DNA of 64,000 nt from the IMG/VR virus record IMGVR_UViG_3300003320_000853. The stretch is one strand, 5' to 3'. A program made the position numbers and the translations under genes. The notes beneath the pieces are model-generated. The model was not told where the DNA came from and did no database searches. It worked only from the letters and a program-made list of their open reading frames with translations. Of the stretch, positions 1 to 9,097 are shown one piece after another (within the stretch, counting starts at the first letter, position 1; every line of letters begins with the position of its first letter). The DNA is from a virus (lineage: Duplodnaviria > Caudoviricetes).

Positions 1-1
1 C

Positions 2-802
2 CTGGTGAACTTCATGGGCAGTGACACGGTCGAGGGCATCCGCTTCGCCAACCACTTCTACAACCACGCGATGGCGGCGTTCTCGATCCCCGCGGCCGAG
101 CACAGCACGATCACCTCGTGGGGTCGCGAGAACGAGGAGGCGGCCTACCGCAACATGATCCGGCAGTTCGCCGGCCCGGGCAAGCTGGTCGCGTGCGTCT
201 CGGACTCGTACGACATCTACGCCGCCGTCGAGCACCTCTGGGGCGGCAGCCTCAAGGACGAGGTCAAGGCCAGCGGCGGAACGCTCGTCATCCGCCCGGA
301 CAGCGGCGAGCCGGTCGACGTCATCCTCAAGTGCCTCCAGCTCTTGGAGGCCAAGGTCGGGATGACGACCAACTCGAAGGGCTACAAGGTGCTCCCGAGC
401 TACTTCCGCCTCATCCAGGGGGACGGCGTGAACGAGGAGAGCATCGGGCACATCCTGGCGAGCATGCTTGCGAACGGCTACTCGGCGAGCAACATCGCCT
501 TCGGCTGCGGCGGCGCGCTCCTCCAGAAGCTCGACCGCGACACCCAGAAGTTCGCGTTCAAGTGCTCGTCCGTCACCGTGAACGGCGTCGAGCGCGACGT
601 TGTGAAGAGCCCCGTCACCGACCCCGGCAAGCGGTCGAAGGCGGGGCGGATCGATCTGATTCGTGTGGGGGAAGGCTATTTCACGGTCAGGAGCGCGGGG
701 CCCGGACAGAGCGTCCTCCGGACGGTCTTCGAGAACGGCCGGATCCTCCACACGACGACGCTCGACGAGGTGCGGGCCCGCGTCAACAAGACCCTCTTCT
801 GA
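2..802 (+). CDS. nadV: Nicotinamide phosphoribosyltransferase (NAMPT/NadV family), 5'-truncated by the window edge
   Basis: NAMPT motifs NFxGSDT, SIPAAEHS, VSDSYD, VIRPDSG, IQGDG, FGCGGALLQKLDRDT, KxPVTDPGKRSKAGR. Confidence 0.93.
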   Translation: MVNFMGSDTVEGIRFANHFYNHAMAAFSIPAAEHSTITSWGRENEEAAYRNMIRQFAGPGKLVACVSDSYDIYAAVEHLWGGSLKDEVKASGGTLVIRPDSGEPVDVILKCLQLLEAKVGMTTNSKGYKVLPSYFRLIQGDGVNEESIGHILASMLANGYSASNIAFGCGGALLQKLDRDTQKFAFKCSSVTVNGVERDVVKSPVTDPGKRSKAGRIDLIRVGEGYFTVRSAGPGQSVLRTVFENGRILHTTTLDEVRARVNKTLF

Positions 803-812
803 TCTCCCAACC

Positions 813-848
813 GTTCAGGGGGTCTCTGGTGTAAGCGACCCCCTGAAC
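813..848. repeat. Perfect 12-bp inverted repeat with GGTGTA in its 12-nt loop
   Basis: GTTCAGGGGGTC (813-824) / GACCCCCTGAAC (837-848), loop TCTGGTGTAAGC, between NAMPT and vWA genes. Confidence 0.85.
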
Positions 849-868
849 CACCACCTAGGAAGAATCAC

Positions 869-1846
869 ATGGGATACGAGCACTGGAGTGACGATTTCTA
901 CAAGCACCGCGAAGAGACGCGAAAGGCGAAGGGAGAGACCGCCTTCGTCTACCACGCGGCCGTCGCGGCGAAGCCCGCCTCGGAGCAGAAGGTGCACGAC
1001 GCGATGAGCCCCAAGCGGAAGCGGGTCCGCGAGGCTCGGGACAGCGCGGATCACCCGAACAGCCTGCCGATCGGCGTGCTCTTCGACATCACGGGCAGCA
1101 TGCAGCGGAGCCCGGTGGCGTTCCAGAGGAAGCTCGGGGACCTGATGACCCGGCTCGTCACGCACGAGTACGTCACCGATCCCCAGATTCTGATCGGTTG
1201 CGTCGGCGACACGAACGACCACGGAGGCGGCTTCGATGGAAGCTGCCAGATCGGCGAATTCGAGTCGGACATCAAGATCGACGACTGCCTCGGCCAGTGC
1301 TGGCTCGCGGGTGGCGGCGGCGGATCCATCGAGGAGAGCTACCAGAACGCGGCCTACTTCTTCGCCCGCCACGTCCAGGCCGACCACATCGAGAAGGGTC
1401 GGGGCAAGGGCTGCCTCTTCATGCTCGGCGACGAGAACCCCTACCCGACCGTCAAGAGGCGGGAGGTCGAGGCGCTCTTCGGCGACACCCTCCAGGAGGA
1501 CATCCCGACGCCCAAGCTCTTCGAGGAGCTGCGCCAGTCCTGGGACGTCTACTTCATCATCCCGCGGGAGACGAACCACGGCACCAACCCGAGCATCCGC
1601 CGCCAGTGGGAGGAGCTCGTCGGCAGGGAGAACGTCTTCTCTCTCGATTCCGCGGAGAACGTCTCCGAGCTGATCGCCCTCATCCTGGGCATCCGCCAGG
1701 GCAAGGTCACCGATCTCGACGCCGCCCGCTCGATCCGCATCGCCGAGGGCATGTCGGCAACGACCGTCCAGTCCCTCATCTCCAGCGTCGCCGACTACGC
1801 ATCCGCCAAGGGCGTCACCGACACCAGCCTCACCGCCCGCCTGTAG
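869..1846 (+). CDS. von Willebrand factor A (vWA/MIDAS) domain protein
   Basis: GVLFDITGSM MIDAS motif, GQFES-like IGEFESD, GGGGG..ESY, LFMLGDE, AGGAAG RBS upstream. Confidence 0.85.
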   Translation: MGYEHWSDDFYKHREETRKAKGETAFVYHAAVAAKPASEQKVHDAMSPKRKRVREARDSADHPNSLPIGVLFDITGSMQRSPVAFQRKLGDLMTRLVTHEYVTDPQILIGCVGDTNDHGGGFDGSCQIGEFESDIKIDDCLGQCWLAGGGGGSIEESYQNAAYFFARHVQADHIEKGRGKGCLFMLGDENPYPTVKRREVEALFGDTLQEDIPTPKLFEELRQSWDVYFIIPRETNHGTNPSIRRQWEELVGRENVFSLDSAENVSELIALILGIRQGKVTDLDAARSIRIAEGMSATTVQSLISSVADYASAKGVTDTSLTARL

Positions 1847-1879
1847 ACCCAGCCCCTATCTTTGGGGTAAGAGACCGAC

Positions 1880-2134
1880 ATGTCGGTCTCTTGGGAAACC
1901 AAACGGGTCGTCTTCTCCATCGTCTTCGCCTTCGTCTACATGATCCCCGGAGGGATCGCCGCAGCGCGAAGACACTACCGTCAGACGCCCATCATCGTCA
2001 TGAACACCATCGCAGGATGGACGGGCGTGGGATGGATCGTGGCCCTCGTGTGGAGCCTGACGCCGAGAACGTGGAGTCTCACACCGCGAACCCCCAAGAA
2101 CGGTGTAAGAGATCCCCCATGTGGGTCAAGCTGA
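1880..2134 (+). CDS. Superinfection immunity protein (T4 Imm-like) membrane protein
   Basis: YxIPxxIAxxRxH..IxxxNxxxGWTGVGWIVALVWS pattern, GGGGTA variant 10 nt before ATG. Confidence 0.85.
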   Translation: MSVSWETKRVVFSIVFAFVYMIPGGIAAARRHYRQTPIIVMNTIAGWTGVGWIVALVWSLTPRTWSLTPRTPKNGVRDPPCGSS

Positions 2135-2313
2135 TGAGCAAGGACGAGCACGTGACGCATCTGGCGAAGGATCTCTCCGGTCCTTCGCCAGACGTCATTG
2201 TATACCAGGATCGCACCTTCGTGTTCGTGCGGGTGGGCAAGGACATGGCCTACGGCCACCTCGTCAACGTGCGAATCTACCACGAGGCCACCGTCACCAC
2301 GATCAAGTCATGA
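2119..2313 (+). CDS. Small hypothetical protein (MWVKLMSKDEH...)
   Basis: GGTGTA at 2102-2107, ATGA overlap with next gene. Confidence 0.6.
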   Translation: MWVKLMSKDEHVTHLAKDLSGPSPDVIVYQDRTFVFVRVGKDMAYGHLVNVRIYHEATVTTIKS

Positions 2314-3728
2314 GCACAGCCATCCTCATCGCCGGCCTTGGCTTCGGAGACGAAGGGAAGGGGGCCACGGTCGACTGGCTCACCCGCACCACGGGGGCTC
2401 ACACCGTGGTGCGGTACAACGGAGGGGCGCAAGCTGGCCACAACGTGGTGACCGCCGACGGGCGCCACCACACGTTCTCCCAGTTTGGCGCGGGTACGTT
2501 CGCGGGCGCGAAGACACACCTCAGCCGGCACATGCTGGTCAACCCCATCTTCCTGCTCTCAGAGGGCAAGCACCTTCTGGAGATCGGTGAGAAGGACGTC
2601 TACGACCGGCTCACCGTCGACGAGGGCGCGCTCGTCACGAACCCCTTCCAGGTCTCAGCGAACCGCATCCGCGAGATGGCCCGCAACGAGGGTCGGCACG
2701 GCTCCTGTGGGATGGGGATCGGGGAGACGGTGGCCGACTCCCTCGCTCCTGAGACCCCCAAGCTGTACGTCAACGATCTGTCCAAGCCGGGCACGACCAG
2801 AACGAAGCTCGCAGCCTCCCGCAAGCAGAAGATGATGGAGCTCGTCGAGCTTCATCTGAAGGACTGCCCCGTCTCCAACGCGTCGTGGAACTACATGACG
2901 CTGGCTCAGACCGAGTGCTCCTGTCCCTTCAAGCGCGAGTGGGAGGTGATCGTCGACGAGACGACGGTCGACCTCGCGTTGGAACGCTACGCCGAGTTCG
3001 TCGCCCGCGTTCGGATCGTCCGCTCATACTATCTCTCCGACATCATGCGCGAAGGGACGACCATCTTCGAAGGGGCCCAGGGGATGCTCCTCGACCAGGA
3101 CTATGGGTTCCACCCGTACACGACGTGGACAGACATCACGTTCGGGAACGCCGACGATCTGTTGGCCGTGCAGCGGGGATGGGACACGCGTTCCGAGGGA
3201 GATGTGTTTGTAGCGGAGTTCCTCGAATCCGCTGGGTTCAAGGGGGAGGTGCGCCGGATCGGCGTCCTCCGCAGCTATCACACGCGCCACGGGGCCGGGC
3301 CGTTCCCGACCGAGGACGCATCGCTCGACAACCCCGAGCCTCACAACGCCAACGGGCCCTGGCAGCACGGCTTCAGGCAGGGGCACTTCGACCTCTGCCT
3401 GGCCCGATACGCCGTCGCGGCCATCGGGGGGATCGATGAATTGCACCTGACGCACCTCGACCGCATCCAGAACGAGCAGAAGGTCTGCGTCCAGTACGAC
3501 TCCCAGGGGCACATCATGCACGAGCCATACCACGCGGAGATGTGGGAGTGGAGGAACCAGCTCGATGTCCGTGAGGGAGCAACGAAGAGAATGATGGGGT
3601 ACAAGCCCGTCTACCGCACCCTCCAGTACAGCCCCGAAGGCTTCGCGACCGAGATCGCCAAGCACATGGGTGTAAAGATCGGATCTCTGGCCTATGGGCC
3701 GACGTCTGAGGATCGGAGGACATTGTGA
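2310..3728 (+). CDS. purA: Adenylosuccinate synthetase-like protein (divergent PurA family)
   Basis: GFGDEGKG P-loop, RYNGGAQAGH, HGSCGMGIG, FEGAQGMLLD, TRHGAGPFPTE. Start set at ATG 2310 (MSTAILIAG). Confidence 0.85.
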   Translation: MSTAILIAGLGFGDEGKGATVDWLTRTTGAHTVVRYNGGAQAGHNVVTADGRHHTFSQFGAGTFAGAKTHLSRHMLVNPIFLLSEGKHLLEIGEKDVYDRLTVDEGALVTNPFQVSANRIREMARNEGRHGSCGMGIGETVADSLAPETPKLYVNDLSKPGTTRTKLAASRKQKMMELVELHLKDCPVSNASWNYMTLAQTECSCPFKREWEVIVDETTVDLALERYAEFVARVRIVRSYYLSDIMREGTTIFEGAQGMLLDQDYGFHPYTTWTDITFGNADDLLAVQRGWDTRSEGDVFVAEFLESAGFKGEVRRIGVLRSYHTRHGAGPFPTEDASLDNPEPHNANGPWQHGFRQGHFDLCLARYAVAAIGGIDELHLTHLDRIQNEQKVCVQYDSQGHIMHEPYHAEMWEWRNQLDVREGATKRMMGYKPVYRTLQYSPEGFATEIAKHMGVKIGSLAYGPTSEDRRTL

Positions 3729-3843
3729 GCCCGTCGGTCATTTTCGGAATCGGTTTTCTCGTGGGTCTCCTGGAGTACAGCCTCGGCTTTGCCATGGGGT
3801 GGTGGCTCAAGGAGCCCCTCTTGCGACGTTTCAGGAGGCGCTG

Positions 3844-4743
3844 ATGCCCCGCATCGAGCTTACGGATCTGCCCAAGAATCCCGCCGCGTCCCACGGATCG
3901 GACGGTTGGAGCGCGCTCCTCGACGACTCCCCTTTCGACAGCCCGGAGATCGTCTTCGATACGACGCCGGTCATCTCGGGTGACCTCGCCGACATCTACC
4001 GGGGGTCGCTCAACGGCTCCGAAGTCGCTGTGAAGGTCACGCGCAACGTGGGGGACAACGATCTCGTCGAGCACGAGGCAGGCATCCTCGCAGGGCTCTA
4101 TCCAGATGGAACCGCCGACGAGAAGTTCTACCGCTATCTTCCTCGGCTCATCGCCTCGATCGTGTGGGAGGGCAAGCGGGTCAACATCTTCCCCTGGTAC
4201 GATGGCTTCGTCTCCCTGGAGGACGTCCGGCGGGCTTACCCCGAAGGACTCGACTTCCGGGACATGGTGTGGATGTTCAAGCGCCTCCTCGTGGGCATCG
4301 GCTTCGCCCACACGAAGGACATCGTCCATGGGGCCATCCTCCCGCCCCACGTGATGATCTTCCCGCCCAACCACGGGGCCAAGATCGTCGACTGGTCGTA
4401 TGCCGTGTCGAACGCGAGCCTCAAGAATAGCCGTGTCGGAGCGATGAGCCGGACCTTCCGGCCGTTCTACGCCCCGGAGATCCTCGACCGCCAGCCGCCG
4501 ACGCCGGCCACGGACATCTACATGGCGGCCAAGTGTGCTGTCGCTCTCATCGGCGGGGACGTGACGACCCTCGTCATGCCCGACGCTGTGCCACCTGAAG
4601 TCCAGGGGTTCCTCCGGCGCTGTATACGGGAACAGCCCGGGCTCCGGCCGCAGAACGCCTGGGATCTGCACGATGAGTTCGCCCATCTCCTCCAGTCTCT
4701 CGTCGGACCCCCGACCTTTCGCCCCTTCCGGATGCCGCCTTAG
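3844..4743 (+). CDS. Ser/Thr protein kinase-fold protein with degenerate catalytic loop
   Basis: VAVKV lysine, helix-C E, HGAILPPHV (HRD position), IVDWS (DFG position), YAPE, DIY. AGGAGG RBS before ATG 3844. Confidence 0.8.
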   Translation: MPRIELTDLPKNPAASHGSDGWSALLDDSPFDSPEIVFDTTPVISGDLADIYRGSLNGSEVAVKVTRNVGDNDLVEHEAGILAGLYPDGTADEKFYRYLPRLIASIVWEGKRVNIFPWYDGFVSLEDVRRAYPEGLDFRDMVWMFKRLLVGIGFAHTKDIVHGAILPPHVMIFPPNHGAKIVDWSYAVSNASLKNSRVGAMSRTFRPFYAPEILDRQPPTPATDIYMAAKCAVALIGGDVTTLVMPDAVPPEVQGFLRRCIREQPGLRPQNAWDLHDEFAHLLQSLVGPPTFRPFRMPP

Positions 4744-4804
4744 CGCCGAGAACGTACCCGGGCTGTCAAACGGCCGACGTTTTCTCACGTTTTAATGGGG
4801 CACG

Positions 4805-6508
4805 ATGATCTTCCTGCGATGTGCCCTCGCCATGGCGATCCTTGCGGTGTCGCTTCCGGCAGAAGCGTTCAGCTACCCCGAGCACTTCATCCTCACGCGG
4901 CACGCCTTGAAGGCCGAGCGCGGCTCGAACAGCCGGGTGTGGGCAGACCTTGAGCACTTCTTTTCCGATGTGCCCCTGAGCCTTGCATCGAGGCTCGATC
5001 CCGAGAAGTTCGACCTCGCCGACATACCCGCGCTCGCGGGTGACCATTCGGTGTCGCCTCACCACCTCGTTCAGCGTTGGTTGCGAGGGCCGTCGAATGC
5101 CGGATCGTGCCAGCTCCGCAATCTCGGGGACGCTCTTGGAGACATCACCGCGAATACGGAATCCCCAACCGTATGTGCCTCCCGGGTCGATAATGACCCT
5201 TGCAACCGCAACGTCCTCCTTGCAGTGGTGCGGCAGTACCAGAACGGGGACGAAGTGGTGCAGAGCACGGCGGACATCGACCCCCAGCTCGCCACTGCGG
5301 ATTGTTCCTACGTCTGCCTTGCAGAGCGTGGGTCGACACACTTTCGGCTTCCCAATGTCCCGATCGAGAAGGCTTCGCACACCGACACCCCCAACGCGGC
5401 CCTCTCCTACGCCCGTTGGCACACGGTGGCTCTTCTGATCGCGGGTCGGTCTCATGACCGCGTGGAGGACGCCGGACACTTCCGTGCCGTGGCGATGATC
5501 TACGAGCTCTTCGCCTTGCACTACTTGCAGGATGGTGTTGCGGCCGGGCACATGATCACGCCCTCGGGCTACGGGAACATGACGATCTTGGCGACTCACG
5601 ATCTCTACAACCGCATCGGGGTCTCCATCCGGCTGTCGGAAGCGGTATGCGAGCGGCTCCCGGCGGATCGGTTCCCTCGTCTTCGCCAGCAATGTGCGAG
5701 GCCGGGTCATCTTGCGGTCGTTCGTGGGGATCACGCCATCGCCGATCAGACGGTTGCGCATGACCCCGCCGACGTGACGCAGGAGCTCGCTGAATTCGTG
5801 ACGGAGGTTTCTCTTCACGAGGTCTTGGCCGAGATGTCCGCACCCCGGATCGAGAGCACCTTCCAGGAGGAATCCGATGCCACAGTCGCGGCCTTCGATA
5901 CTTCGGATCCGAGCTGCGCCGCGGACTGGGACTGTCCGGCAAGGGACATGCGCCTCGGTGCGTCGATCCCAGGAGTTTGGGAGCACGACGGCTTCGGGGC
6001 CCTCGCCATGTGGCCCGTGTTGGCGACGCCGGAGAACCCCCCGCCGCTGGTCACGGAGCCCGGAGGCGGGAACTTGTATGTGCGGCTCACGACCGAGCTT
6101 GAGCACCGCATGATGGGCAGCGGGAGCATCGCCGCGGGGTACACGTTCCTTGCGCGGATGAAGGGTCGTCGTCTGGGTCTCACGGCCGGGGCGGTGCTCT
6201 CCTACGAGGCGAGCCATGTTGGGCTTGGCGTGCACGGGGCCGCGATCGTGCACTGGGTGCACATCGGGCCTGTGTCGTTTTTGAACGAGATCGGGATGAC
6301 CGTCGAGGGCATGCAAGGTTCGCATGTCCAGGGGAAGATCGCGGGCTACTTCTGCCCGATCTCGTACGACCTCACGGCCGATCGGGCATCTCTACGCGTT
6401 GGGATCTTGGGGGGGTTGACCGCGGGGCCCGATCCGACGGGTTGGACCGTCGGCCTGGGCATCTCTGCGACGATGCAGCGGCGTGGCGTCGCAGCCGACG
6501 CTCAGTGA
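4805..6508 (+). CDS. Secreted protein, probable Zn-dependent phospholipase C/P1-nuclease-like domain plus beta-rich C-terminus
   Basis: Signal peptide ending AEA, EH near mature N-terminus, ALHYLQDGVAAGH motif, later HDLYN. Confidence 0.55.
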   Translation: MIFLRCALAMAILAVSLPAEAFSYPEHFILTRHALKAERGSNSRVWADLEHFFSDVPLSLASRLDPEKFDLADIPALAGDHSVSPHHLVQRWLRGPSNAGSCQLRNLGDALGDITANTESPTVCASRVDNDPCNRNVLLAVVRQYQNGDEVVQSTADIDPQLATADCSYVCLAERGSTHFRLPNVPIEKASHTDTPNAALSYARWHTVALLIAGRSHDRVEDAGHFRAVAMIYELFALHYLQDGVAAGHMITPSGYGNMTILATHDLYNRIGVSIRLSEAVCERLPADRFPRLRQQCARPGHLAVVRGDHAIADQTVAHDPADVTQELAEFVTEVSLHEVLAEMSAPRIESTFQEESDATVAAFDTSDPSCAADWDCPARDMRLGASIPGVWEHDGFGALAMWPVLATPENPPPLVTEPGGGNLYVRLTTELEHRMMGSGSIAAGYTFLARMKGRRLGLTAGAVLSYEASHVGLGVHGAAIVHWVHIGPVSFLNEIGMTVEGMQGSHVQGKIAGYFCPISYDLTADRASLRVGILGGLTAGPDPTGWTVGLGISATMQRRGVAADAQ

Positions 6509-7266
6509 ATGGCGATGAGCGTCTGAACCTCGGCCAGGCTCGCCTGGAAGACGGCGTTGCCCACGGTGTTCCAAGCCGCATCGGAGGCAGCCTGGACCGC
6601 GGCCTGTGCCGCCATATGGACCGCCTTCGGATCGGAGAGATCGGGGTCTGCCGCCGCGAACGCCTTGTTGCCTGCATCGAGGCCGATGAGGTACGACGCC
6701 TGCGAGCAAGCGGCGAAGATGCTGTCCGAGCCGTACCAGTCCTGGGGCAGGCCAGGGATGTTGTCCATGACCATGCCGTGGTTCCTGGTCGCGGTGGCGT
6801 CCCAGGTGGTCGACCACGGGTTCGTCGGGGTCATGGCCCTCTTCTGGGTGGCGAGCAAGAAGGCCTGCCGAGCGATGCCCGAGACCTCTTCCGGCGTGTA
6901 CTGTCCGGCCGTCGTGTCGCCCGGAGGCGAGAGCCAGTCGGTGTCCTTGATGCCGATTTCCGACATGTACGGCTCCAGGTAGCCCGTGGCCATGAAGTCC
7001 ATCGCGGAGAATTCCCGCATCGTCTCGGTGAGGAGATCGGAGGCGGAATTCTCCGCGCCCATGAACAGGAAGTTCGTCATGAACTGATCGGGGTGGATGC
7101 GGTTGAGGCGCGTGATGAACGCCCCGATCGGAGCGGACACCTTGTTGGGGTAGGGCGGAGCCGGCGGCCCCGGCACGATCTCTTCCGTCGCAGCGGGCGG
7201 CTCCACCGGCTGTCCGTTGCAGGCGGCGAGGAAAAGCGGGAGCAGGCAGAAAAAGCGCATTCGCAT
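6502..7266 (-). CDS. Predicted lipoprotein, unknown function
   Basis: MRMR-hydrophobic-LAAC lipobox, GGAGG RBS. Confidence 0.7.
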   Translation of the reverse strand: MRMRFFCLLPLFLAACNGQPVEPPAATEEIVPGPPAPPYPNKVSAPIGAFITRLNRIHPDQFMTNFLFMGAENSASDLLTETMREFSAMDFMATGYLEPYMSEIGIKDTDWLSPPGDTTAGQYTPEEVSGIARQAFLLATQKRAMTPTNPWSTTWDATATRNHGMVMDNIPGLPQDWYGSDSIFAACSQASYLIGLDAGNKAFAAADPDLSDPKAVHMAAQAAVQAASDAAWNTVGNAVFQASLAEVQTLIAIH

Positions 7267-7373
7267 GGGTATCCTCCAGGCGTTGAGTCGCCTGGCATTC
7301 CTGGAGCAAGAGGCAAGCCTACCTTGTGGGATGTACGTCCGAGACGTCGACTCGGTGTACTAGTTCCAGGTCT

Positions 7374-7577
7374 ATGGACAACGACCTCCGCAACATCATC
7401 CTCGGCTTCCTGGCTTTCGTGGCGATCGTCACCACCGGCATCGTGTTGACCCCTCCTGGGCAAGACTCGATCAAGGCGTGCGGCGACTCGTGTCAGCACA
7501 CGGGACGGGCGATGCTCAAGATGGACCGTGAGGGGTGCACGTGCGACGTTGTCCCCCAGCCTCCTATGCCGAAGTAG
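7374..7577 (+). CDS. Small membrane-anchored Cys-containing protein
   Basis: One N-terminal TM helix, CxxxC...CxC, GGTGTA at 7354. Confidence 0.6.
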   Translation: MDNDLRNIILGFLAFVAIVTTGIVLTPPGQDSIKACGDSCQHTGRAMLKMDREGCTCDVVPQPPMPK

Positions 7578-7586
7578 GAACCGATC

Positions 7587-8069
7587 ATGGTCATTCGGAT
7601 CTCCCGCTGTCTTCACTGCGGCAACCGCTACGGGTATCAAGCGAGCGGGACAGGTTGTGGGCGCGCTGAGAACGACCCCCTCTACTGTCCGATCTGCAAA
7701 AAGGCTCAGAACGACGCGCTCCACGAGATTTCGCGCCGATTCGAGGGCCGATACCAGAACGTGCGGGATCTCCCCGCGTTCAGCGATATCACCTCGGAGA
7801 TGATGCTCGCGTGGGAGCGGGACGAGGAGGACGATCGGGAGCAGCGTCGGAACGACGGGCAACTCGTCGCCGTGCGCGTCTTCCCCGGACTCATCCGGCT
7901 GGAGACGGGAGAGTGTCAGAGGATCCGAGAAGTCGCGGCACAGGACGGACCTCACAAGGGGACGCGCTTCAAGGTCGCGTCGTGGCCCAATGACACGGAG
8001 GTCGAGGTCGCGATCCTTCGGGAGTACGACCTCGCCGAGATGAGGTTTACCGGCCGTCCCTGGCCGTGA
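7587..8069 (+). CDS. Hypothetical protein with Zn-finger-like CxxC pairs
   Basis: CLHC...C...CPIC, AGGA RBS. Confidence 0.65.
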   Translation: MVIRISRCLHCGNRYGYQASGTGCGRAENDPLYCPICKKAQNDALHEISRRFEGRYQNVRDLPAFSDITSEMMLAWERDEEDDREQRRNDGQLVAVRVFPGLIRLETGECQRIREVAAQDGPHKGTRFKVASWPNDTEVEVAILREYDLAEMRFTGRPWP

Positions 8070-8092
8070 TCCTCTTGTGGGAAGGCTCCGGC

Positions 8093-8776
8093 ATGAGCCT
8101 TCCCACACCTCCCGCCGACTGGCTTCTCCTCGTCGATACAAGCGCCGCTCAAGGTCGTCTCGACTGCTCGGTCTTCGTCAAGGCAGGCGTCTCCGGCATC
8201 TGGCACAAGGCCACGGAGGGGCTCCACGATGTGGACACGCAGTGGAAGGCGTCGGCGGCCTCCTCGCTCGCGAACAAGCTCCCCTTCGGCGCCTACGGTG
8301 TCCTCGAACCCTACGGTTCGACCAAGGCCCAAGCGCAAGCCAACCACTTCTGCGACACCATCGAGAACACGGGGTGGACGCTGGCCCCCTGGCTCGACTT
8401 CGAGCTGGCCCATGGTGTGTCGGGTCTCGACGCCCTGACGGCGGCGGCCATCTGGTGCGATGCCGTCGAGCAGCGGCTCGGACGCGGGGTCTGCGTCTAC
8501 ACGGGGCCGAGCTTCATCCAGACCCTGGAGAAGTACGCCGGCCACACGGCAGATGCCGTTCTGGCCAAGCTCGGAGCTCGTCCTCTCGTGGTGGCCCACT
8601 ACAACGGCGGGCCCCCCAAGTCGCCCATGGTTCCTCCCCCGTGGAAGGACTGGACGATCTGGCAGGCGAGCGGCGATCATGCTGCGAAGATCCCCGGGAC
8701 GACCAAGGACATCGACGTCGATTTCTTCCGGGGGACGATCGACGACCTTCTGGGTATCGGGGTTTCCCTGGTGTAG
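8093..8776 (+). CDS. GH25 muramidase (lysozyme/endolysin-like)
   Basis: VDTS, KATEG, LDFE (DxE), VYTG, WTIWQ, DIDVD motifs. Start may be GTG 8066. Confidence 0.88.
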   Translation: MSLPTPPADWLLLVDTSAAQGRLDCSVFVKAGVSGIWHKATEGLHDVDTQWKASAASSLANKLPFGAYGVLEPYGSTKAQAQANHFCDTIENTGWTLAPWLDFELAHGVSGLDALTAAAIWCDAVEQRLGRGVCVYTGPSFIQTLEKYAGHTADAVLAKLGARPLVVAHYNGGPPKSPMVPPPWKDWTIWQASGDHAAKIPGTTKDIDVDFFRGTIDDLLGIGVSLV

Positions 8777-8785
8777 GGATCCGAC

Positions 8786-9097
8786 ATGTCGAAAGCATCG
8801 AAGAGCCTGGCCCGCGCCAAGCGAGCCGCAAACAAGCGGGCCGCGAAGGCGGCGAATCAGAAGCGGTGGTCGGAGTTCGCCGGCACGGAGACGAACCGCA
8901 AGAAGCGGCAGAACTCCCGCCGACTTTCGTACGGCCTGACGAAGCACACGCACCCGAACGGGGCCTGCGGCAACATCGGGTGCCTCAAGTGCTCGACGGT
9001 CGCCAAGACCGCCAAGGTACGGCTCGTCATGAAGACCGGCGGCATGTTCCACGCTCAGCGGGCGGCCGATCGTCTCGGGGTCATCCTCGCTCGATAA
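8786..9097 (+). CDS. Small very basic protein with H-x-C/CxxC motif
   Basis: Lys/Arg-rich, HTH..CGNIGCLKC, GGTGTA 10 nt upstream. Confidence 0.65.
   Translation: MSKASKSLARAKRAANKRAAKAANQKRWSEFAGTETNRKKRQNSRRLSYGLTKHTHPNGACGNIGCLKCSTVAKTAKVRLVMKTGGMFHAQRAADRLGVILAR

Noticed and set aside
2310-3728. PurZ (2-aminoadenine DNA) pathway, suggested by a phage PurA homolog plus a MazG-like gene
   Set aside because: The P-loop keeps Asp (GDEGKG) rather than the PurZ Ser, the Asp-binding TTGR loop needed by PurZ is missing, the MazG-like gene is 16 kb away, and no DatZ-like HD gene is visible.
4644-4680. RPQNAWDLHDEF in the kinase as another tag copy
   Set aside because: It coincides with kinase subdomain XI (conserved Arg-Pro then helix), so the resemblance is probably structural coincidence.
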